Below the pieces are notes generated by a model. That model was not told the origin of the DNA. It worked only from the letters and a program-made list of their open reading frames with translations, and searched no databases. A DNA stretch of 62,658 nucleotides, the filler included, from Circinaria calcarea (taxonomy: Eukaryota): assembly GCA_051942165.1 (NCBI GenBank). It is 16 parts of 16 records of this genome, joined end to end, with 100 filler letters (N's around TTAATTAATTAA, not from the genome) between each part and the next. Parts side by side here need not be neighbours in the genome. Positions count along the whole stretch, not along the records: positions 35,364 to 39,180 come from JAVECS010002606.1; positions 39,281 to 43,095 come from JAVECS010002607.1; positions 43,196 to 47,009 come from JAVECS010002608.1; positions 47,110 to 50,922 come from JAVECS010002609.1; 12 more parts are not named here. One strand, given 5' to 3'. A program made the position numbers and the translations under genes. Numbering within the stretch: the stretch's first letter is position 1; the number at the start of each line of letters is the position of its first letter. Below, piece by piece: positions 37,924-49,053 of the stretch.

Positions 37924-38416
37924 GGGGTCCTTTGAGGATGGAGTATTGCAAGGAGACTGGAAGGGGAAAGTTGGAAAGGATATCAGGGGTGGCTTTGGGG
38001 AATGGGGACGGAGACGGGGAGAGATAGGGGCATGGATTTGTGGTGCGTGTTTATCAGGAGTTCTGGTTATTGTTGCGGTTTAGTTTAGACTTGGAATTCC
38101 TCCTGATTTCTTACAATAGACTCATAAGATGTTGTTTTTTTACTCCTAGATTACCCAATGATATGCTCCGCCTGTGCCCCCTGTAAACATATGGTACTTA
38201 CTCCCACGTACCACATCGGTATCGTATAAATTCTCATTGGGCATTTAGCAACCTAATACAAATCATATCATTACTTTTAACTACCGTAATTGCTACCTCT
38301 TCATCGCTAAAACCCCATATAGATATAAAGCTACGGCGTTACTATGTGGCATCGATAAAAAAGTGAGAGAATAACTTCTGTTACAACTATATATTGTTAT
38401 ATGAAGTATGCTGCTG

Positions 38417-38727
38417 TGTTATGGCGCCACGCCATACTCAGGGTCCAGAACCAGATACGGACTAGCGAGTTCACCATACGTGACTGAGCGGAGTGAGCAG
38501 AGCGAGCAGAGTAGTGCTCCGGGTGCTCCGGGTGCTCAGGCTATTATATAACCAGGCTATTCGGCGCTCTTTAGAATAGCATGTTTATAGAACCATAACG
38601 AGTTCAATATACTCCTTTTATATTAAGCCTAGGGCAATAATTCAACTATACCCTATATAACCGTGCTATTATTAATCGGGACTTATTATATTCCTTAATA
38701 GGCCCCAAGGATTGCAGCGCCCTTACA
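38417..38727 (+). mobile_element. Solo LTR, family A copy 2 (311 bp)
   Basis: TGTTATGGCGCC...GGATTGCAGCGCCCTTACA. The flanks TGCTG and TACCG differ by two transitions, consistent with a decayed 5-bp TSD. Confidence 0.8.
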
Positions 38728-38735
38728 TACCGCTG

Positions 38736-39169
38736 TGTTATGGCGCCAGCACCATGACATGTACTAGGGTCCTGTTAGGACTAGCCCCGGATCGGGCCAG
38801 CCCCCGGAGCAGAGTGCTCAGTATGCTCAGTGTGCTCAGGGCATGGGCAGAGTGAGCAAGGTGAGCAGAGTGCTCAGTATGCTCAATGTGTTCAGGGCAT
38901 GAGCAGAGTGAGCAAGGTGAGCAGAGTGCTCAGTATGCTTAATGTGTTCAGGGTATGAGCAAGGTGAGCAGGATGAGTAGTAATATTATATATAATAGAT
39001 TATTCCCGCTTTTTAGGATAGCATGCTTATAGAATCATAACGAGTTTAATATACTCCTTTTATATTAAGCCTAGGGCAATAATTTAACTACACACTATAT
39101 AATCGTGTTATTATTAATCGGGACTTATTATATTCCTTAATGAGCCCCAAGGATTGCAGCACCCTTATA
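38736..39169 (+). mobile_element. Solo LTR, family A copy 3 (434 bp, with expanded internal GAGCA-rich tandem repeat)
   Basis: TGTTATGGCGCC...GGATTGCAGCACCCTTATA, with the terminal CA mutated to TA. It is followed by (TA)n to the contig end. Confidence 0.8.
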
Positions 39170-39286
39170 TATATATATATNNNNNNNNNNNNNNNNNNNN
39201 NNNNNNNNNNNNNNNNNNNNNNNNTTAATTAATTAANNNNNNNNNNNNNNNNNNNNNNNNNNNNNNNNNNNNNNNNNNNNCTGTAG

Positions 39287-39454
39287 GATATTTCCCCGAT
39301 GAAAGTTATCAATCGCGAAGAGCGCCCAAAGACATTCGTTGGATTCCTGACAGGAGTTTGTGCTGTTATAGGAGGTACATTAACAGTGGCAGCGGCAATT
39401 GACAGAGGGGTGTATGAAGGCGCAACAAGGATCAAGAAGCTGCATAAGCGATGA
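39287..39454 (+). CDS. ERV46: ER-Golgi vesicle protein Erv46/ERGIC3, last exon
   Basis: After an acceptor AG it reads DISPMKVINREERPKTFVGFLTGVCAVIGGTLTVAAAIDRGVYEGATRIKKLHKR*. It is not in the ORF track. Confidence 0.85.
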   Translation, partial: DISPMKVINREERPKTFVGFLTGVCAVIGGTLTVAAAIDRGVYEGATRIKKLHKR

Positions 39455-39558
39455 CATGTTTTACTTTGTGTAGATTTATATTGACCGTGTCCAATATGTC
39501 CTGCATCTTGGGTTGGTAGTTGTTCAATCTACGACGTACGGTATCCGTTGCGACTCCC

Positions 39559-40631
39559 TTAAGCCAACCTCGCAATCTCAGCTTTCATGTTGTCCGTGCT
39601 GCCTTCGAGATCTGCTCCGACAGCACGCTCCAGTATTTGAATGAAGGCCGTCCTGCGTTTCTCCTCGCCATTATCGCCAGCAATATCTTCTTTATCGAGG
39701 TCCTTCCACTTTTCATCTAGAACTTCTCTCAGTTTCTCAGCGTCACTTGGTAATCTAAGCTTTCCCAAAGCACCCGAGGTCCTTAAATCCACGAACGGAT
39801 ACGCCTCCTTCCACCTACTCTGAATTCTCCGGAAGAAAATATCTAATCCGGTGTTTCCAAGCCCTTTTATATTCTTCTTCAGGATTTCTCGTTCCTAGCA
39901 CCACATGTCAGCAAGATTCAATGGCCGGAAGACACTACTCATTCTTAGCCTACCTTTTTTACGTCCTCTCCAGCTTCTTTCCTTACTCTTTCCAATCCGA
40001 CATCCTCGTCTCCGTCCCCAATTCTTTCGATAACCACATCAGCAAGACCTCCAAGTTCGTCCGCCGTCTTCTGTCTATGCTGCGTCTTTGCGTCGTCAAG
40101 TGCCTTTCTCCTTCCTTCAGCACCTGCGTCTCTCAATGCCTTTGGGGTTGTAAGATTATATGGCGCGTTGAAAAGTGTTCGTATGCTTCGCAAGCCTAGT
40201 GCGTAGCTAATGGGTCTACTAAGGATCACAGCGCATGCCAATTCTTCGAAAGGAGTGAGTATGGATGAAGAGTAGGTAAGAATATCAGTGCCTCGGGATT
40301 CGAGGTCAGAAATCTCGTCTTTGCGACGGCAATAATCTAGAGCAGCGGGAGAAAGGAGGAATTGGAGGGTTTTCAAGGGATCATTTGGGTTTTGAGGGCC
40401 TCCGCGTGCTGAGCGACGAGGGACCTTGTTTGGCTCGTCATTGACTTTGGCCTTGCGCTTCGAAGGAATGGTAGACGTGGTATCTTTTCCAGAAGCTTCG
40501 TTGCCATCTGCGACTCTCTTTTGCTCACCGTCCATCGGCTGTTCTTTTGCGCTATTGGCTTTCGACTTTGCGCCTTTACCTACCGTTACTTCATTTTTGG
40601 CCTTTTTAGTATTATCGTTTTTTCGGGCCAT
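39559..40631 (-). CDS. Conserved hypothetical protein with HhH-GPD/endonuclease III-like helical domain and basic N-terminal extension
   Basis: PFEELACAVILSRPIS..LGLRSIRTLF..TTP.. | intron 39895-39953 | IKGLGNTGLDIFFRRIQ..W.EAYPFVD. The latter resembles a helix-hairpin-helix motif followed by P.VD. Confidence 0.72.
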
Positions 40632-41008
40632 TGCAGAAGCTCTACGTTCCTCGTAGAAGTATTCCAGAGAATGTTACGTGAACACAGATGTCCTATCCTG
40701 GGAACGAGATAGCAGATACTCCAGAGTAAGGTATGACATCATTTGAAGATGTAGATCTCTGCCGCAACCTTATTTCTAGCGTGTACACGAACCCGTCCCG
40801 CGGGATTGGTGACATGCATCACCCCACAACTGGCATGTTATTTAGCTTTACGCGGGTATGTAGATACGACTGTGTGGTCCCAATTACCGTATTGATCTCT
40901 TAGAGATTGTATTAACGAACTACGTGGGACTTGTCACCGAGGCAGCCATCTATACTCTAATGAGACACAGAGTATCCAAACAGTTGTTTCACTGCCTTGC
41001 AAACCCAA

Positions 41009-42443
41009 ATGGAGACTTCTCCTAGTCGGCACGTACCACATCTGCCACCACCCAGTGCGACCGCCAATCCCCCTTCGAGCTCCCCTCGGAGTACACGAAC
41101 ATTACGGAAGCTGCAATCTGCGCAAACTCTCTCTTCGAATTACGCTGCAGCCAACGCGCCTGGGCTCATCTCCCAGCAGCGCCAACTGCAGCATCGTAGC
41201 TCGGGTCTGCTTAGAGAAAGCTCTGCGACACAAAATCCGCCCCCACCTGCCCAGTCGCATGGTCGATCTCGGTCGAATAGCGACATTGCGACAACTGGCA
41301 TAGTACCTACTGCGCCAGGACCACGTCGAATTCCAAAGAAGACCAATGGCGGTGCTGATGCGAATCCAAAGGATGACCTGGAGACACTCGTTAGGCAAGG
41401 GACAAAAGGGGATGCCATGGGAAGTCTGGATAAGCTCAGGCGATTAGTCTTGCTTGATGGCGTGGACGCGGACAGTGACGGCATGGTTAGCATCTTGCTC
41501 GACGTGCTAGCCGTTACGTCCGTTCAGCTGATTAATACTACGACAGTCTCCTTTGCGAATCTACATTTGGTTAATTCTCCTCAACGCTCCACCGCTTTCA
41601 ACAGATACCTACCTCTCTCTCATTCATCGAGGCCCTTCTCCAGCCTACTCGAAAATCCGCAACGACACCTTCCGCACCTTAGCCACCGACCCTCTTTTCA
41701 AACGCCGCGTTAGCGAAGCCTCCCTCATCCGATTGCTGAATGCCCTGGCTTGGAGATTGCACGACGCCAAACAGCCTCCATCCTCCCCATCAGCTCTCAA
41801 TAATCTCGCAGCTTCCCTGGGCAGCCCCGACCTACAGCATCCTTCCCCCATACGCAAACACGCCCAAGGTGCCTCGACCGCAACCGCAACGTCTACCTCC
41901 TCCGCCCCAGGAGGCACCGAACCGGGCATCTACGTCCAAGGCATGAACGTCCTCTGCGCGCCCTTCCTCTACGCCGCAAAGAGCGAAGCCGAAGCCTTTA
42001 CAGCTTTCCATCTTCTGCTAACACGCTCTCTCCCGAGCTACGTGCGTGGCGCTATGGATGGTGTTCACCGCGGCTTACGGCTAGTCGACAAGTGCCTCTC
42101 ACACATAGATCCGAAGCTCTACGCCTACCTCGCGTCGAAAGGCCTTACCGCTGAGATTTACGCTTTCCCCTCTGTGTTGACATTATGCGCTTGTACTCCG
42201 CCACTGCCCGAGGTGCTGATTTTGTGGGATTTTTTATTCGCGTACGGCGTCCATCTAAATATCCTTTGCATTGTAGCACAGCTGGTGCTGATGCGGGAGG
42301 AGGTGTTGGGAAGTAAAAGCCCGGGAACGTTACTGAGGGGCTTCCCAGCATTAAAAGCAAGGGAAGTGGTGGGGCTCGCGGTCAGTTTTGTCGAAAAGAT
42401 TCCGAGTAGGGAGTATGGGGAATTGGTGGAGCATGGTAAATGA
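41009..42443 (+). CDS. BUB2: TBC-domain GAP Bub2/Cdc16 (mitotic exit / septation initiation network)
   Basis: LRIYIWLILL, YSKIRNDTFRTLATD, YVQGMNVLCAPFLY, EIYAFPSVLTLCACTPPL, LWDFLFAYGVHLN. Intron at 41486-41546. Confidence 0.93.
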
Positions 42444-43195
42444 AATTTGAAAAAAGATAGATACAAGGTCAGGAGAATATCATGTTTTGATATCTACGCA
42501 AAGACATTTCAAAACTCCTTTAACCCGGCTAAAGTCAGGTCCATCTTTCTCATCTCTGTTTGATCGATCTATTTATAAGTCCAGATCTAAAGCCCCCCCC
42601 CCATTCCTCCTCCTGAAAACCGGGCTTTGCCGGAAATAGCGAAAAAAAAGTGGCAATGTTTATGCTTGGGGAGCCTCGTGGAGAAGGAAGACAGGGGAAG
42701 AGCGACTCCATATCTTAGCGATCCTCCCGAAGTATTCTCCCACGCGTGAAAGCGCGTGGTAGCGCTAGCGAGGCAAAGAGGGGATATCGCCAGGATTGGG
42801 TTCAAGTCCCCAATAGCGCGCTGCTTTTGGTGGCTCCGGGTGGGTTTCCCCGTCCGGTTTTCTATATTAGGCTGTAAAGGTGTTTTAAAATTTAACTGCA
42901 ATTGAGGTTAATGCTTGAAGGTACGTTTGATGGATAATAAAAGAAGAATGTTATAGGGATAGAAGGAATGAATTATCTATGGCGGGGCAAGAGCAGTATA
43001 GCGAATGCGATATTTAGGTTCAGGCAAGCACGTCAGGACGATTAAATAACACTTGCTGACCTTTGGTCTAACCCTTTATCTCATCCAGCTTACCCNNNNN
43101 NNNNNNNNNNNNNNNNNNNNNNNNNNNNNNNNNNNNNNNTTAATTAATTAANNNNNNNNNNNNNNNNNNNNNNNNNNNNNNNNNNNNNNNNNNNN

Positions 43196-43360
43196 CAAGA
43201 AAACAAGAAAACAAGAAAACAAGAAAACAAGAAAACAAGAAAACAAGAAAACAAGAAAACAAGAAAACAAGAAAACAAGAAAACAAGAAAACAAGAAAAC
43301 AAGAAAACAAGAAAACAAGAAAACAAGAAAAAAAGAAAAAAAGAAAAAAAGAAAAAAAAG
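43196..43360. repeat. (CAAGAAAA)n octamer tandem repeat, about 17 units, decaying into AAAGAAAA
   Basis: Read directly at the contig start. Confidence 0.95.
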
Positions 43361-44131
43361 GGAATTTAGCTATAGTAATTAATTAGAAATGAAGCATGGA
43401 TTCTCGACTTGTAAACAAACTGCCGAAGGGTGCATGGGAGTAGATTACTTTATATTCTAGACGTGCAAGGGCGTGATATATATTGGAGAGGGGGCCCGCG
43501 GGTACGTGGGAGCGGTGAATGGCATCTTCAGAGTGCGGGGCAGATGTACGCCGATTCTTGAAAGGATGACTCCCTCTTGGCTTTTGAGGTTAAGGAGGGC
43601 TGATTGAACAGGTTTGAATGTGTGAATAGAAAGGCTGCGTTAGAGTGGATGGATTCCTTAGTCGCATATACCCTTTATATGCATTGAATAGGTTTATTCC
43701 GATGGAGGAGGCCATTGCGAGATGATAGTTTTGCTTCCGCTTGGAAAAGGTCGATTGAGAATAAACCGACGAACAGCCGCGGAAAAGGTACGGCCAGGAT
43801 GCCGTAGCGAGCATAGCAAACCGATGGCTATATGGTGGGTTTGATCTCAGACCATAATAGATGGACGGTTCTCCTTATCGAGAAACGTCGCTCGGAAAGG
43901 GGTAGCTGATTTCCGTGGCTCAGGATATTAGCCGGAGCATCAAGGGAAAGCGTGGCTTGACTATAATCTGGTATGTCCACAACGGTCAAGGATCCTCCGT
44001 ATTTGTTCTTGAGCGCCAATTCGACTGTAGATAAGATACGGGAGGTCATTGCCAGCGGCCAGCGATTGACTCCGTACATAATCGCAAACTAACCTGAAGC
44101 CTAAAAAGAATCAAGATCATTCCGAAACAAT

Positions 44132-45411
44132 TTAGAGCTTGTTTTTCTCCCGCAATGTGTCCCCGTCAACCCCATTGTCATGTTCCAGCCTCTTGCTATT
44201 GATCGCACCCTTGGTCCGCCCAATTGTTACAGCAGTAGGCATGATAGCCATCGCTATTGCCGCTTCGAAGATTAACGCTTTCTGCATGTTTCACGGTGGA
44301 TTCCCCTTCTTACCAAACCGAAGGGCATCCGAAACGATGATGAAGATAGCTCCTAGAGCTTGTCCCCCCATCCAACATAAAACGCTTCCGACTTCCGGGC
44401 CGACAGGCCACCTGATTTCTACCAGCCATTCCAAGGCCACTGGCAGAAGACTGAAGGAAGCAGCACCGAGTATCCCACAGACAACATACGATGCTATTAT
44501 TAATTTAGGCGGTGCCCATGTAAACACGAGGTAACAAATCGCAATAACTAGCACAAGCACCCGGATAAGGGAAAGGTAGCACTTGTAACGATCAACAAGG
44601 GGTGATGCAGCGGCCGCGGCAATCAACCCGACAATAATCAAAATCGCACCGGCAATCCCAGATTCTGTTTCCGTATGACCATATGGAGTGAGTATCTGGG
44701 TGAGAAGAGAGGACAGAGATTTGAAAAAGCCAACATAAACTGAAAACGGAAGAAAGATGAGCCGAAACGTTAGGGTACCAGTCAGGAGCGACATCTGCCT
44801 GAGGATTGGAGCCGGACGCGAAAGTGACCGGGGAGAAACGGGGGTCAGGGGCTTTTCGGGGATTAGAAAGGAAGGGATCGTTGCCACGAAGGATATGATT
44901 GCTACATAGAGTATCATTCGAGATATCTGTGATGGCGAGTTGGCTAGAAAAGGACATTTCAATTGAGCCTGAGCGCCTCCTAAAGGATTCGCTTCACTAG
45001 CGGCTGCAGTTGCCGATACACGGCCTCGGGGAGTGAACCACAGATGGGAGAACCGAGCAGGGGCGGAGAGAACGAAGGGCTGGGCCAGTCCGATGAGCAC
45101 TTGCTCAAACATGGTGAGAGCGAAAGAAGGTGGCTGGGTACGCGTGCCGGCATAGCGAACCCAATTACCTAAACCATGGTCAGCCAAACAGTGGGTATCA
45201 AGGCAGACGGTCGGCAGTAATCACCCAAGGAAATAAGGACAGAAGCTATCCGGATGGCCGAGCGATGTCCGGAGGTGTGCAGGCTGTAAAGCGCAAAGGG
45301 GACGCGACAACAAATGCTAATAGAAACGCGGGTGCTTAGCCAAGTGACAGTGCTGGGAGTCGTGGCGTAAAACACGACGGAGGTATTGCTGACCGGGGCA
45401 AACGAAAGCCA
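44132..45411 (-). pseudogene. Decaying MFS transporter (FLVCR/MFSD7-like)
   Basis: WLSFAPVS, LGNWVRYAG, GLAQPFVLSAPARFSHLWF, ALEWLVE. There is an in-frame TGA at 44291-44293 before the last TM helix (NPP*NMQKALIFEAAIA) and paired frameshifts at about 45298-45332. Charged or polar residues occur in TM segments, and I cannot find a first exon. Confidence 0.75.
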
Positions 45412-46738
45412 CTACCATAACGAGAACCTAGATTAGTCTCATTCGTCTCCCCAGGATTGAAAGAAACCCACTCTTGACTCGATGTTGGCTAATTCGAAGC
45501 TGGTGTGATGACGGGTAGTTGGTTGGCATGGAAAGAACCGTGGATCTCAACCCTCAGCCTGGAGGACAGAGGTGGGTATAGGTCGTCTGTCGAGCATGCC
45601 TTATCGAGTTCCAAAGTACCAGTATTTCAAGACACGCATGGCCGTTGTCGGTCGAATCTCAATGCGGCGCCGGCGTTCCAATCACCACGCATCTCATGTA
45701 GCTCTCTTAGGTAAGGTGTAGATGAGGATGAGGATGGGAGGGAAGAAGAGGAGCTGACTGCTCGTCCATGCCCGTGCACCCACCACCAGAGATCCTCCAG
45801 AGATGGTGGGGGACTCGGACACTCTTCATGGTGCGCACACCTCTTTTTAGTGTGGGTACCTATCCGTGATACTTGGGAAGTGATTCTGGCCACTGCAAGC
45901 TTTATTCTTCCTCCAGAAATGGCAAGCTCCCGCTATGGCCATTCCCAGCTGCTATTTACCACGCCTTTTGAAGAAGCTAAACATGGAGCTGGGTTGTCTT
46001 GACGATGCACAATCCCGCCAGAAAGGGTTATTGGTAACCTCCTCTCATTGGAAGGGCCGATTAATCATCCATCACTCTGGACTGAAAGAAGGAAGACCAG
46101 TATCCCTTGAAGTGTTGCTCAGGCCGACAGAACCGTGCACGGTACAGGGGGTTGCGGGCACTACGGCGGAATAAAACCTTAACTCTGGCCAATGAAAGGA
46201 GAAGAGTTGCCCCATTTAGTATTTATATGATAATTTGTGCCGGGGAAGGAAAATTCCCTCGACTAGTGTAGCGTGCACGGTCTGTTAGTGAGAAGCCTTC
46301 GGGAACAATTTCGGGGATATGATTTCCATTCAACCATCATTTTAGTTGCTGTCCGAGAGCCAGCCGCTTGTGTACGCCACGTTCTACCATGGTGCAGCCT
46401 TGCTTGTGATATTCTCCTAGCTGGTCGGGATAATCGACGAATTATGCTGCATCTCAACTGTGGCGTCAACTCCACAGCGGGACCATATCTCTTTGGCCCT
46501 GCAAATGTCCCGAGCTTGTGACCGTATTGGTAAGTCCGGTTGTCAACGGACCTCGCTTGGCCTTCTCTTCGCTTTGTTCGAGAAGAGCCGGTAACATTCA
46601 AAGGCAAAGCATGGGTTACGCGAGGGTATCACAACACGCTTAAGTACCGGTTGCTCTCTCCTTATAGAACGTCTTCTCAAGCCCTCCGCCGTTTTTATTG
46701 TGAGCGAAACATTCTCCTTACATACTTGCTATATCATC

Positions 46739-47009
46739 ATGGCCGGCACAGATTTTCCACCTGATGGTGACCAGGATCGAGGTCCGACGATTATTGCCGT
46801 CTACTGGACAATGTTTGCTATTGAGCTGGTTTTTGTCTCGCTGAGAGTATACGCACGCTATACAATCCATTATCTGGGCTGGGACGATTGGATCATGGTG
46901 TTTACTTTGGTAAAGGAGGACCAGCATATCACCCTTGGGATGGTCAGAAAATACTGACGGAGCACTGTCAGCTGCTCGTTTTAGCCATGAACATCGCAGG
47001 AGCATACCT
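46739..47009 (+). CDS. PTH11-like (fungal rhodopsin-domain) integral membrane protein, 5' fragment
   Basis: MAGTDFPPDGDQDRGPTIIAVYW...FVSLRVYAR....LGWDDW, followed by an intron from 46910. Confidence 0.82.
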
Positions 47010-47109
47010 NNNNNNNNNNNNNNNNNNNNNNNNNNNNNNNNNNNNNNNNNNNNTTAATTAATTAANNNNNNNNNNNNNNNNNNNNNNNNNNNNNNNNNNN
47101 NNNNNNNNN

Positions 47110-48707
47110 CCCATCCAAAAATCGCCCAGTTTCATTCCCCATGAAAAAGTCTTGGCGAGTAAAGGTCCACCTACGAATATGCCACAATATGTCATTGTCG
47201 CTATGCCGGTGTACAAGGTACCAAGGTGTTTCTGCTCGACCAAGCTCGTAACAAGACTTCTTGCTGTGACCACGAAGGCGAAGCCAAGCGCAAACAGGAC
47301 TTGGCCTGAGATAATTGTAATTGGAGTTGATGCAAGAAACGTCGTGGTGCAGCCTAGGACAAGAAACATGGCACTAATCTGTGTGAGTCGCTTGTCCTTG
47401 ACAGCGATATCCATTTGGAGTTTTTTCTCGAACAGATACGAAAGCCCCGGAATCAAGGCACCAAGGACGAGCAGACTTACGCCGGACCGAAGGGGGATAA
47501 GATACGCTGCCTTCGCATAAGTCCAATGAAATTTCTTCGAAGCGTATTGAAGAAGTACACTGACGACTTGTTTACCCAGCCCAGCGACAAAGAAAGACGA
47601 TACAATCAGTAAGACAGGGACGTTGCGTTTCATCCAGCAAAAAGAGTTGCCAAGTTGGCCTAGCTGCTTTTGCATGCCATCGTGAGACGTGATAGAGTCG
47701 CCTTGAATATTTACTGGAAGAAGACTATCAGTCTCGACGGATGGCTCATCTGGCCGCTCTTCTTCCTTCCTTTTGAAGGTTTCGGGGATGAGGATGACCG
47801 TAAGTAAGCCCCCAGAGAACATGAGAACAGAAGCACCGAGATAGGGAATCCATGGGTTCATAAGCATCAGAGGTTCGCAGATAGGAATGGCCATGAACTC
47901 TGATAGGAGGAAAGCGGCATTGATCTGTGAAAACGCCGTAGTCCTACCACTATGTAAGTCCTTGTAATGCTAGCAGTAAAGCAATAGATAGTTATATGCC
48001 TTTTCTCAGCAGGACACAAATCAGCAACCATAACGAATAATATCGAGGTCATTGTAGTCGCGCCTCCTCCAAGCAACTGCCAAAGCCCTCCAAGCCATAC
48101 CGCGCGAATAGGAAAGGTATTGGGGAACCAGTCTACATCAACCTGTCAGCACTCACATTCTGCTCCTGAGGCTGTACAAACAGCGGTAGAATCGGGCATA
48201 ATCTCACGTACAAACCAATCGAGTCCAAGCATCGCTTAGGAAGCAGCCTAGAATGGATAGAACTAAGACTTTCTTACGCCCAATATGGTCGGCAACATGA
48301 CCATAAGGGATTGCACATAAGATTCCTTAGGTTACAGAACAATTAGCATATAGTGAGCTGAACAGGAGTAATAACAAGGTTCCACCTGGGATGGTATCCA
48401 GAGCGTCCTTCCAGCCTAAAATAATTGCTACCTCACTCTGAACGGGCTCGATCTTACATTTGTCGGGTTGAAGCTTGCCATCGAATATACCCAAGGAGGC
48501 ATAATACTTGCCGCAAACGATGTGTTCCAGAATCGCCGTCTCAGGGGCCATGGAGATATAGTTGGAGGTGTCTAAGATGAGCATAACAGCGCTAAGAGCC
48601 AGAATCGTCCAAAAGTGGCCATTCCAGGTCGAGTTTGCATCCTCGGATTTGCCAGTATTATCTCTAACCATGTTTGGTGGTGGATCTGGTGGCAGTGGAT
48701 TGGACAT
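47110..48707 (-). CDS. MFS transporter/efflux pump of the type found in secondary-metabolite clusters, 3'-truncated
   Basis: CKIEPVQSEVA, AIPYGHVADHIGRKKVL, IPET, LLQYASKKFHWT, RSLVTSLV...GTLYT. Three introns. Confidence 0.9.
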
Positions 48708-48847
48708 GGCTCGTCACTATAGATAAATCTAAAGTTGGAGTCGGCCAGGGTGGTCAGGAACGGGAAAGAAGATATCGCAAAAGCGTTGTCCGTGCACGCT
48801 AAACTAGTAGGGGTGGGTTTTAGTCCCTCCGCACAAATTATTACCTA

Positions 48848-49053
48848 CTATGGTCGCAGGCAAATTAGATGTTAGCGCGGTTTTCTTACAATACTCGTAG
48901 AAGGCGCACACGACAGTTTGAGAAAGCTGGAATATGCACCGGAAAATCCCCTCCAAATTACACTTCTTTTCTCTAAGATTTTATAAAGCCTTTATTGAGG
49001 ATACCAGGACTGGTCAAAACTCGCGCTAACATCTATTATGCCTGTCACCATAG
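48848..49053. mobile_element. 206-bp non-autonomous Tc1/mariner-type element (MITE)
   Basis: Imperfect TIRs of about 32 bp (CTATGGTCGCAGGCAAATTAGATGTTAGCGCG and, as reverse complement, CTATGGTGACAGGCATAATAGATGTTAGCGCG), with TA on both sides (48846-47, 49054-55). No ORF. Confidence 0.82.

Noticed and set aside
38182..38385. Additional solo LTR candidates (TGTAAAC...GTTACA here; TGTAAA...TTTACA near 25905-26075)
   Set aside because: They are single-copy with short termini and no TSD, so I cannot distinguish them from chance.
43144..43360. Telomere or repetitive peptide ORF (FSCFLVFL)n
   Set aside because: The unit CAAGAAAA is not TTAGGG-like. The ORF is just the translation of a simple repeat at an assembly break.
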